From Sulfurovaceae bacterium (lineage in GTDB: Bacteria > Campylobacterota > Campylobacteria > Campylobacterales > Sulfurovaceae), in the NCBI GenBank assembly GCA_963698695.1, contig CAVORT010000009.1, forward strand, positions 98,741-162,740: 64,000 nucleotides of DNA. The letters are read 5' to 3'. The notes below the pieces were generated by a model, which was not told the DNA's origin, searched no databases, and worked only from the letters and a program-made list of their open reading frames with translations. Made by a program: the position numbers and the translations under genes. Below, in pieces: positions 20,315 through 30,095 of the stretch (position 1 is its first letter; each line of letters starts with the position of its first letter).

Positions 20315-22741
20315 TTACTTTTCTTCCTCCAGTTTTCGTTCATTGGCATATTTGTCAAAAAAGCCCATCTCTACACATCCCATGCATCCGTGACCTGCCT
20401 GCACTGGCCAGCTTGTACCTTGGTTAAATTTCATAGTGGGACAGTTGGCATGGGCGTAAGGGCCTTTACATCCCATTTCAAAAAGGCACCATCCTTTTTG
20501 TGCACCTTCATCTCCCCACTCCTGAACAAATTCTCCCAGTTCATAATGTCCACGTCTTTCACAGTTGTCATGAATCCTGCCTGCATACGCCCAAAGTGGA
20601 CGATGGAACTGGTCAAGTGCTGGTAACTCTTCAAACATCAAGTAAGAGAGTAACGTCCCCACGATATTGATGGGGTTGACCGGACAGCCGGGTAGGTTGA
20701 TGATGTCATCTCTGCCTAGCGCTTCAGAGACACCCACGGCACCTGTAGGGTTGGGTGCTGCAGCAACGACACCACCATCAAGGGCACAACGTACCCACAG
20801 AGAGTGATCAAGGGCAGCATCTTTTGCACATTTTTGTAGTAACTCAAGACCCGTTTCACCTTTGGGACCTATGCGAAGGTACTTACCCTCCATGGCCATA
20901 GGTATGGCTCCTTCTACCATAAGTACATAGGAACCTTTTTGTTCTTTGATAATATTTTCTAACACACTTTCACTTTGATCTCCGCTTGCAGACATTAAAA
21001 GTTCATGATAATCAAGTGAAATATAGTCAAAAATCAGATCTGCAATCCCAGGGTTGGAAGACTTGATAAACGCTTCAGAGTTTCCTGAACAGTCAGCCAA
21101 GCTCAAGCCAGATAATCGGTAGTCTGTTTAAGTTGTCTGATACCATTTTTAATGACCCCCTCAAATTCGGGATGAAGTTGCATGGTGGCTGTAACCATGG
21201 ATATCCAGTTATTTACCTCTTTGGCAGAGATATCAAATGCATCTAAAGAAGAAGAGAGCTGTTCAGAATCCAGTTCGTTTTTAGGATGAAGTCTGTTGTA
21301 TTTGTCTATACGCTTTTGTGCCAAAGCAATCTCTTTTTCCCGTTCTATATCTTCAGCACTTTTTTTAGGCATATTTGGATCAATGAGGTGTTGTGAATCA
21401 TTGATCACATCTGCAACCATTTTTTTACATTTACCACATACGCGACCTGCTTGAGAGAACGTATCCAAACTCCAACAGGTTTTCTACACCATGGGTGACT
21501 ACAGTATCTACAATATCTTGACTATAGACATGTTCACACGAGCAGATAAGTCTTCCTCTTTCACCTATGAGTCTGTTTTGGTACAGATAAGAAGGATCGA
21601 TATTTTCAGATCTTGCATGAGAGACTCGATATATCCTATATCTACATTGGAGTTGATACCTATAAAACGTGTAAGTTTGTCATTTTCTACAAAATATTCA
21701 TCTATACGGTGGTCTTTATCTGAAGTGATCAAGATCTTTTCAAAATTCTGTGTAAAACCAGGAGACCTTACTTCTACAAGTTCATATTCGTCAACTTTAA
21801 GCATATCTATCATGACATCAAGATGAAAGGTTTTCTCTTCTAAGTCCAATAGGTTTGCAATGGCAACATCTGCTTGGAGGGTACACTCTTTCACATGTCC
21901 AGCTATAAAGTTTAACTCTTTTACTTGCTGCAGCTTCACCTACAGCATAGATGTTTTCATCATTCAGTTTGCATTTTGTTGTTGGTCAAGATACCCTTGT
22001 CACATGCTAAGGTATCTCTCGCAAAATCAATGTTGGGTTTGATGCCCACACCAAAAATTAAGAAGGGATTGTTAATTTCTAGTTTTTTTGTTTTTAAAAA
22101 GCTAATCTTATTGTTTTCAATCTTTTTTTCAACGATTTCATCTTCATAGGAGAGTGTTACTTTCCCTCTTTAAGATACGCAGACTCTATCTCTTTTCTTG
22201 GCTTGTGGGGACAGTGTTTTGTCGTAAAGAGAATCACCACGAACCAAGAAGCGTGATGTGTTTCGACATTTGGCATCTTGTTTAGTGTTTCCAGTGAGTT
22301 CAAGTGCGATAGGTCCTGCACCCTACGATGACTACTTCTCTGTCCTGTATCCCTTCAGAGATTTTTTGGCAATCATTAGCATTTCGAAACACAGCAACAT
22401 TTTTTAGTGCTGTGTATGTCAAAAAGTGTTCGTGGAACAGAACCTGTAGCAATGATGAGTTTGTCATAAGAGAAAACAGAATGTTCTGAAAATATTCTTT
22501 TTGCCTCTTTATCTATGGAGAGTATCTTTTCATTCAGTGCTATTTGTACCGTAGCATCAACAGCTAGAGAGACCTCTTTCATCGTTGCACTTTTGTCTAC
22601 AAGTCCACAAAGATGAATCCGGTCATAAGGAGCAAATGCTTCTTCAGATACGATAAGTACATCTACATCTGATGCAAGTTTTTTGATGCGGTTGGCCAAA
22701 TATACAGCAGCTATGCCACCACCTATGATTACGATTCTCAT
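20315..22741 (-). CDS. Fusion: FAD/NAD(P)H oxidoreductase (NirB-N/rubredoxin-reductase-like) + BFD-like [2Fe-2S] + hydrogenase small subunit (~800 aa, multiple indels)
   Basis: Fragments read in order GGGIAA, ATGS, GAGPIALE, GIKPN, IYAVGE, CSCEH...CGKC, RLPIIWLELADCSGNSE, LPGCP, HDNC, CLFEMGCKGP, GHGCMGC. No separate start or RBS at the small-subunit junction. Confidence 0.75.
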
Positions 22742-22806
22742 ACTGTCACCTCGCTTTATTTACTTTGATCTTTTTTATTCTGTTTATATCAAGTATCTTT
22801 AGTATA

Positions 22807-25401
22807 TTATATACTACTTTTTGTTCTTCTAAATGTCAGCCATTTATCTGCTTCCATTACCACAACCAACCCAACTGCAACCAGGGCAAGTTGTAACCAA
22901 ATATCCAAAGTGACAGGTTGGATAAAAAGCACATTTTGCATAAAAGGAATATGCATACAGGCTATATGTAAAAGTTGCGTAAATATGACCAAAGTAATGA
23001 GCATACTACTGCTTCTATAGTTTACTTTATGTAAGAAGTTGTATTCTGTTCTGGAGTTAAAAACATGTACATTCTCAAACAGCACCATGAGAAGCAAGGT
23101 GATATTTCTGGCACTCTCTTCACTGTGACCATTTTCAAGTAAAAAGTAAAAGAGTACAAAGGCAACAATACCTATGTAGATGCCAGCCACAACAATACGT
23201 CTAAGCATAAGTCTGTTAAAAATTGGTTCTTGTGGAGACCTTGGTTTTCTGTTAAGTATCCCTGGTTCTGCTTGCTCAAGTCCTAACATGACATCTTGTA
23301 TGCCATTGGTGACAAGGTTTAGCCATAAGAGTTGCACTGGAAGCAGAGGTAAAGGCAGTCCTGAGATAAAAGAGAGCATGACCAAAACCAACTCTGCAAA
23401 GCCTGTAGAAATGAGCAGATAGATGACTTTACGTATGTTGTCATGTGCACGTCTGCCTTCTTCGATGCCATTGACGATAGAGGCAAAATTATCATCTGTC
23501 AAGATGATGTCAGAGGTGGCTTTGGCAATGTCTGTACCACTTTTACCCATGGCTACACCGATGTTTGCATGTCTGAGTGCCGGGGCATCATTGACCCCGT
23601 CACCGGTGACTGCAACATAATGTCCTAGACTCTGGTAAGCGATGACTATTTTCATCTTTTGTTCGGGCGTGACACGGGAGAATACAGTCACGTTTTTTAA
23701 GGCCTCAGCATTTTCTCCTTCTGCCTCCCAAGCCGCTAACTCTTTTTCACTCATGACACCTGTATGAGAGTCTGCAATGCCAAGTTCTTTGGCTATACAT
23801 AGGGCAGTATTGGGATGGTCTCCTGTGATCATGATCACTTTTATGCCTGCTTTCTGGGCTTTACGTATGGCTTCAGGGCTCTCTTCTCTCACGGGGTCTA
23901 TGATGGCAACAAAACCTAGGTAATTAAAGTTGTTAAGGTTGATCTTCTCATCATCCTCTGACTCTTTGTGTGCCAGTGCAATGGTTCTATACCCTTTGAG
24001 TGCCCAAGCATCTACATCAGCTAATATCGTTTCTTTTTCTTCCTCTGTGACATCACAGTGTTCCAGTACCGTCTCAGGAGAGCCTTTGGAAAATTGAAAT
24101 ACTTTCTCATCTTGTTCCATCATCACAGCAGAAAATCTATTGATAGGTTCATAGGGTATTTCATCTATCTTTCTATAAGACTTTGACCCTGTTACATAGG
24201 ACTCGTCAGCATTGGCAGCAAAACGAGCTAAAGCGATGTCTACCTGGTCACCAAAGAAGTCAACCCCACCTTCTTCTGCCTCTTCATAATGCATTTCATT
24301 ACACAAGATGGATGCTAAGTAAACTTTGTCATGGGCTTCATGCATCGTGTTGGTGTCGTAGACTTGTGTGGGTGAGATGAAGTACTCTACAGAGAGTTTG
24401 TTTTGTGTAAGTGTGCCTGTTTTGTCAGAGGCTATGAGTGTACAAGAGCCTAGTCCTTCTATGGCTGCGAGTTTACGTACGATGACATTGCGTTTGGACA
24501 TGGCTAAAGAAGCTGAAGTAAGCGCAACGGTAATAGCTACGGGTAATCCTTCAGGTATGGTAGAGACTGCAAGTGCCACAGAGAAGAGAAACAGCGCGTA
24601 AAACGTCATCCCTTTGAGTAGGCCTATGGCAAAGAGGATCAGTACCATGATACCTATGACGATGGAGATAGTAAAAGAGAGCTTTTCCATTTTTTCAAGC
24701 AGCGGTATCTTGGCATTGCTTTCTTTAGATAGCAGTTGGGCTATTTTGCCTGCTTCTGTCTCTTTACCTGTACCTGACACCACACCCACACCTCTACCGC
24801 TGGAAATATAGGTACCGGCAAAAAGCATATTTTTTCTCTCGGGTAAAAGTAGGTGAGTGTTGTCACTTACAAAGAGGGCATCTTTGTTCATATCTATAGA
24901 CTCACCTGTGAGTAAAGCCTCGTCGACCATGAGGTTTTTTGTCTCTGTGAGCCTGACATCTGCAGCCACTTTGGTTCCGGGTTCAAATATCAGGATGTCT
25001 CCTGGGACAATAAGATGGCTTTCTATCTCTTGTAGAACACCATCTCTAAACACCATGGCATTGGATTTGATAAGGTTTTGGAGGAGCCTTGCTTTTTGCG
25101 AGGCAGAATATTCCTGATAGGTACCAATGATGGCATTTAAAATTAACACCGCAAGGATAAACCCTGCATCAGTGTATTCTTGTATGATAAAAGCCATGAA
25201 AGTCGCTAAGAACAGGATGTAGATAATAGGGCTTTTAAACTGTTGTAAAAAGTGAGCAAAAATGGTAATGTCAGGCTTAGTGGGAAGGACATTGAAACCG
25301 TAGGTCTTTTGCCTTATGGCAGCCTCTTCCTCACTTAGTCCAGAAGTATGGCTTTGTAAAGTTAAAAGTGTTTCATCAATGTCTTTGGTATGAAAATCCA
25401 T
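22807..25401 (-). CDS. Cation-transporting P-type ATPase (P2A/Ca2+-like)
   Basis: TGES, IPEGLP, DKTGTLT, KGSPE, TGDGVNDAPAL. Confidence 0.93.
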   Translation of the reverse strand: MDFHTKDIDETLLTLQSHTSGLSEEEAAIRQKTYGFNVLPTKPDITIFAHFLQQFKSPIIYILFLATFMAFIIQEYTDAGFILAVLILNAIIGTYQEYSASQKARLLQNLIKSNAMVFRDGVLQEIESHLIVPGDILIFEPGTKVAADVRLTETKNLMVDEALLTGESIDMNKDALFVSDNTHLLLPERKNMLFAGTYISSGRGVGVVSGTGKETEAGKIAQLLSKESNAKIPLLEKMEKLSFTISIVIGIMVLILFAIGLLKGMTFYALFLFSVALAVSTIPEGLPVAITVALTSASLAMSKRNVIVRKLAAIEGLGSCTLIASDKTGTLTQNKLSVEYFISPTQVYDTNTMHEAHDKVYLASILCNEMHYEEAEEGGVDFFGDQVDIALARFAANADESYVTGSKSYRKIDEIPYEPINRFSAVMMEQDEKVFQFSKGSPETVLEHCDVTEEEKETILADVDAWALKGYRTIALAHKESEDDEKINLNNFNYLGFVAIIDPVREESPEAIRKAQKAGIKVIMITGDHPNTALCIAKELGIADSHTGVMSEKELAAWEAEGENAEALKNVTVFSRVTPEQKMKIVIAYQSLGHYVAVTGDGVNDAPALRHANIGVAMGKSGTDIAKATSDIILTDDNFASIVNGIEEGRRAHDNIRKVIYLLISTGFAELVLVMLSFISGLPLPLLPVQLLWLNLVTNGIQDVMLGLEQAEPGILNRKPRSPQEPIFNRLMLRRIVVAGIYIGIVAFVLFYFLLENGHSEESARNITLLLMVLFENVHVFNSRTEYNFLHKVNYRSSSMLITLVIFTQLLHIACMHIPFMQNVLFIQPVTLDIWLQLALVAVGLVVVMEADKWLTFRRTKSSI

Positions 25402-25413
25402 TATTTATCCTTA

Positions 25414-26858
25414 TTAGACAAAGGGTATTTCTAAAACCCCTTCTTTTTTGATGCCCAGTTTTTTAACACAGTCCATAAGAAGTCCATAGAGTCCTTCTTC
25501 AAAGGTAGGATGGTAAAACGGTTGTGTCAACATATCAAAGACTGTGAGTTCCTGCTCTATCGCCCATGCCAAATGATGCGCCAAATGTTCACCACGCGGG
25601 ACTGCTATTTGTGCACCTAAAAGTTTTCCAGTACCTTTTTGTACATAGAGGTTTGCTATGCCTTTGTTGGCATTCATAAGCATGGCTCTTGACTGTTTTT
25701 AAAGTCATAGCTGCCTATGATGACATGTTCATCTTCTTTTATGTCGCTTATAGTCTTCTCCTATGAAGGCGATGTTAGGGTCTGTAAAGACGATGGCTAA
25801 AGGTACTTTTCTTTTAAATCTCTTTTGTGAGGTTCACAGCATTGTACCCTGCGATACGACCTTCATCCGCTGCTTCATGAAGCAGTGGCTCTGTCTGCAT
25901 TGACATCACCTGCGATGTAAATGGGGTAGTCTTCTATCTGCATGGTTTGTGGATTAAAGTTTGGCATCCCATTTTTATCTAAGGTGATCCCCAGATTTTC
26001 AAGTCCTAAACCTTCTAGGTTTGGTTTTCTGCCTGTGGCTACCAACACTTTATCGACAAGTATTTCATGATCACCGTTGGTCATCTGTATTTTGTCACCT
26101 ACTTTACTTAAAACAGCGTGACCACCACCAGCCAGATGTCAAACTCTTTTTTGCAGAGTTCTAGCATGAGTATGATTGACCTGCAGGATCACTGAGTCCT
26201 CCTATGAATGCTTTGGAATGTACGGCAGTCACTTCGATGCCAAGTCTTGAGAGTGCCTGTCCTATCTCTAAGCCTATGACACCTAACCCCATCACCCCTA
26301 AGGTAGGAGGAAGGTCTTCTTGCTCAAAAAGCTCATCTGTGGTGAGTATGTGTTCTTTGAAGTCATCCCAACATGGATCATACACAGGGCTGAGAACCTG
26401 TAGCGATGATGATCTTTTTTGCTTTTATTTCATCATTCACCCACTTTTAAAGTGTTGGCATCTATAAATGTCGCTTTGCCTGAGAGTACTTTATCTCCCA
26501 GGCGAGCGGTGCTTTGCTTGATGGTATGACCCACAAGGTAGTCTCTATGGTCTCTTACCCGTTGTAACACATCAGGGATGGAAACCTCTAGTTTGTCAGC
26601 ATTTTGGATACCGCTTTTTTCAAAATCAGTCCGGTCATGATAATACTCAGAAATGCGTATGAGTGATTTGGACGGCATACACCCCACACGTGCACAAGTC
26701 GTACCGTAAGGCCCAGCGTTAATCAAGATAAAATCATCGGTTTTCTTCTTCACTTGAGAGAGGGCATAAAGACCCGCTGAGCCTGCACCAATGATGGCTA
26801 CTTCTACTTCTTTTGTCATGTTGTACCTTATAAAATTCGAGTATATTGCTGTTTTCAT
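25414..26858 (-). CDS. Dihydrolipoyl dehydrogenase-like pyridine nucleotide-disulfide oxidoreductase (several indels; start 26858 or 26819)
   Basis: IIGAGSAG, TTCARVGCMPSK redox disulfide, GLGVIGLE, ATGRKPN, IAGD, FYHPTFEEG. Confidence 0.85.
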
Positions 26859-26971
26859 TTTACTCCTTTTCATCTTAGATGTAAAGTTGCATTTTTGACT
26901 TAATAGGAGTAAAATAAAAGTATGCACTTTATAAATAAGAGCAAAAATTTTGATAAAAAGGTAGGTATGTT

Positions 26972-27829
26972 ATGAACCATGTAAAAAGAATAATGATCGG
27001 TATCGATATTTTTGCAAAAGCAAATCATGTTTTAAAAAGGGCATTGATGATCGCCCATGAAAACAAAGCAGAACTCTTTGTCGTCTATGCGATTTCTGTG
27101 CCCTGGTTTGATGTACCGAGTTACTTTGGTGCTAAAGAGATCGCCATCGATACGGAGAACATTAAAAAAAAGATAGATAAAAAAATAAAAGCATTCAATG
27201 CTAAACATAAAGTACCGTACACTGTTTTGATGAAAGAAGGTGCAGCACATGATGTGTTGGCATATGAGGCAAAACTACTGAAAGCGGATATGCTGATCAT
27301 AGGGGCAAACACATCAGGAAGAAAACATTTTTTGGGCTCAACAGCAGAGAAGGTGGCGCATGAAAGTCATTTACCTGTTTTGGTGGTGAAAAATCCTGTG
27401 AAACATGCGTATGCCAATATTGTAGCTGCAACTGACTTTTTGGCACAGTCTAAACAAAGTATTGTCTTTGCAAAAAACATCTTCCCCAAAGCCAAGATAC
27501 ATGCGGTGCATAGTTCAGAGACTGCGATGTACATAGACGGTCCATACACCATGATAGGAAGTGATATTTCAGAGTTCAACAGGGTCGCTAAAGTGTATGT
27601 AAAAAAAGAGATGAAAAAGTTGGTAAAAGATCTGTCACTGGATAAAGGCAAAATACTTGATGGAGAATTTAATGGTAAAAAAGTACTCCTAAAATACATA
27701 AACAAAGGCAATGATGACCTAATAGTGGTAGGTTCAAGAGGCACAGCAGGATTTAAAGCATTACTTGGGAGTATGGCTTCTTCTCTCTTAAGAGAAACAA
27801 AAACAGACATTTTGATTTATGTGCCGTAG
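26972..27829 (+). CDS. Tandem-domain universal stress protein
   Basis: Two USP domains: LGSTAEKVAHESHLPVLVV and DLIVVGSRG..LGSMASSLL. Confidence 0.9.
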   Translation: MNHVKRIMIGIDIFAKANHVLKRALMIAHENKAELFVVYAISVPWFDVPSYFGAKEIAIDTENIKKKIDKKIKAFNAKHKVPYTVLMKEGAAHDVLAYEAKLLKADMLIIGANTSGRKHFLGSTAEKVAHESHLPVLVVKNPVKHAYANIVAATDFLAQSKQSIVFAKNIFPKAKIHAVHSSETAMYIDGPYTMIGSDISEFNRVAKVYVKKEMKKLVKDLSLDKGKILDGEFNGKKVLLKYINKGNDDLIVVGSRGTAGFKALLGSMASSLLRETKTDILIYVP

Positions 27830-27896
27830 AAGTATTTCTGCTTGACTGGTGATGATGTAGATAAAGAGTACGCACTTAATAAAAAGGAAATTTCAA

Positions 27897-29042
27897 ATGA
27901 AGATAGGTATTCCAAAAGAGATAAAGACTAAGGAGTATAGGGTTGGTATTGTTCCTTCTGGTGTGAAGTTACTTGTTCAAAGCGGACATGAAGTGTATGT
28001 CGAAAAAGAGGCTGGAGAAAAAAGCGGATTTTTTGATGATGACTATCAGCAAGCTGGTGCAATGATCCTTCAAGGTGCGAAAGAAATATTTGATACCTGT
28101 GAAATGATCTTAAAGGTCAAAGAGCCTCAACCACAAGAGTATGATCTTTTCAAACCAGGGCAGATACTCTTTACTTATCTTCATCTTGCTCCTTTGAGAG
28201 AACTGACAGAGATACTTCAAAAAAAAGAAGTGACAGCCATAGCCTATGAAACGGTGCAAGAAGGGAAAAGAGTACCTCTGCTTGAACCTATGAGTCAAAT
28301 TGCAGGCAGAGTCGCACCGATGGTTGGAAGCTATTTCCTTTCAGTACACAATCATGGCATGGGTCTGTTGATAGGAGGAGCAAGTGGTGTGTTACCTGCT
28401 AGGGTATTGATCATAGGAAGTGGTACGGTAGCTAAAAATGCAGCCAAAGTGGCATCTGGCATGGGAGCTGATGTGGTCATCATGGGAAGAAACCCAAGCA
28501 GTATGACTGAACTAGAAGAGCTAATGCCCGATAATGTTGCAACACTTTACTCTAATCGTTACAATCTGGAAAAGATCTTACCTACAGCAGACATAGTCAT
28601 AGGAGCGGTCTACAGTACTGGTGAAAAAGCACCACACTTGATTACAAGGGAGATGCTTTCTCTTTGTAAAAAAGGAGCCGTTCTGGTCGACGTGGCTATC
28701 GATCAGGGAGGATGTATAGAGACCTCCAGACCAACCACACATGATGACCCTGTTTTTGAAGTGGAGGGTGTCATACATTACTGTGTAGCCAACATGCCTG
28801 GAGATTATCCTGTGACATCCACACTTGCTTTGGCAAATGCAACAATACCTTATGTAAAGAAGATCGCAGATATGGGATGGCAAAAAGCCAGTATAGAGGA
28901 TAGTGCCATCTATAGCGGTGTGAATGTTGCAGGTGGTTATGTGACAGAAAAAGCTGTTGCAAAAGCACATCAGATCACATATCATGCGTTAAAAGATATC
29001 ATGGACAAATGTCCAAACTTTGGAGATACAGCAAATGAATAG
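27897..29042 (+). CDS. ald: Alanine dehydrogenase
   Basis: MKIGIPKEIK..EYRV, KVKEP, FTYLHLA, VDVAIDQGGC, YCVANMPG. Confidence 0.95.
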   Translation: MKIGIPKEIKTKEYRVGIVPSGVKLLVQSGHEVYVEKEAGEKSGFFDDDYQQAGAMILQGAKEIFDTCEMILKVKEPQPQEYDLFKPGQILFTYLHLAPLRELTEILQKKEVTAIAYETVQEGKRVPLLEPMSQIAGRVAPMVGSYFLSVHNHGMGLLIGGASGVLPARVLIIGSGTVAKNAAKVASGMGADVVIMGRNPSSMTELEELMPDNVATLYSNRYNLEKILPTADIVIGAVYSTGEKAPHLITREMLSLCKKGAVLVDVAIDQGGCIETSRPTTHDDPVFEVEGVIHYCVANMPGDYPVTSTLALANATIPYVKKIADMGWQKASIEDSAIYSGVNVAGGYVTEKAVAKAHQITYHALKDIMDKCPNFGDTANE

Positions 29043-29109
29043 TCATAAACCAGTTGTTTAGTTCTTTTTATGTAAACTCTATGGTTATATACATGTAAAG
29101 GCAGAAAAT

Positions 29110-30033
29110 ATGGATTATCAATTGATCTTGGATGAAATAGCGCAAGAGGTTACTTGTCTGCAAGACAAAGGGAAAGTGGCAAATTATATCCCCGCACTAG
29201 GGAAGGTTGACCCTAACCAATTTGCTATGTCACTTACGCTTTTTGATGGTACACAATACAGTGTAGGCGATGCCAATACACTTTTTTCGATCCAGAGTAT
29301 TTCAAAAGTATTTGCTTTTACACTTGGACTCAAGTTTTTTAGTGTCAATCTCTATAAGAGAGTGGGGCGTGAACCCTCAGGGAATCCTTTCAATTCACTT
29401 GTACAGCTTGAATACGAACATGGGATCCCCAGAAATCCATTCATCAATGCAGGCGCCATCAATGTCACAGATGCCCTGATAAATTATTATGGAGACAGTA
29501 CCAAGGCCTCAAAAGAGATATTTCAATTTATTAGAGATATATCGGACGATCCGTCTATTACTTGTGATGAGATAGTGGCAACTTCAGAGATGGAGCATGG
29601 CTCTCGTAATCTTTCTTTGGCACATCTCATGAAAAGTTTTAACAATCTTGACAATGAGGTAGAAGATGTGGTGAAAACCTATTTTAGGCATTGTGCCATT
29701 GAGATGAATACAAAAATGCTCTCAAGAGCGATGCTTTATCTAGCCAATCATGGAGAAGACCCCCTCAATGGCACAGAACATATCACTGTACAGCAGGCAA
29801 AGCGTATTAATGCTGTGATGCTTACTTGTGGGCATTATGATGCCTCTGGTGATTTTGCTTTTCATGTGGGCTTACCCGGAAAGAGTGGTGTGGGTGGAGG
29901 TATCGTTGCTGTGGTTCCCAAGAAAATGGGCATATGTGTCTGGTCACCAGGTTTAAATGAACAAGGTAATTCGCTTGTAGGCACGAGGGCATTAGAATTA
30001 TTTACTGCAAGAACAGGAATGTCTATTTTCTAA
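29110..30033 (+). CDS. glsA: Glutaminase
   Basis: YIPAL, FSIQSISK, EPSGNPFNS, NPFINAGA, GKSGVGGG. Confidence 0.95.
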   Translation: MDYQLILDEIAQEVTCLQDKGKVANYIPALGKVDPNQFAMSLTLFDGTQYSVGDANTLFSIQSISKVFAFTLGLKFFSVNLYKRVGREPSGNPFNSLVQLEYEHGIPRNPFINAGAINVTDALINYYGDSTKASKEIFQFIRDISDDPSITCDEIVATSEMEHGSRNLSLAHLMKSFNNLDNEVEDVVKTYFRHCAIEMNTKMLSRAMLYLANHGEDPLNGTEHITVQQAKRINAVMLTCGHYDASGDFAFHVGLPGKSGVGGGIVAVVPKKMGICVWSPGLNEQGNSLVGTRALELFTARTGMSIF

Positions 30034-30043
30034 GGAGGGAGTG

Positions 30044-30070
30044 TTTCCCTCACAGCTAGGTGGAGGGAAA
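30044..30070. terminator. Hairpin between convergent glsA and nifU-like genes
   Basis: TTTCCCTC...GAGGGAAA inverted repeat. Confidence 0.5.
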
Positions 30071-30095
30071 TGTATCATGGGGCTAAGAGGATCTA

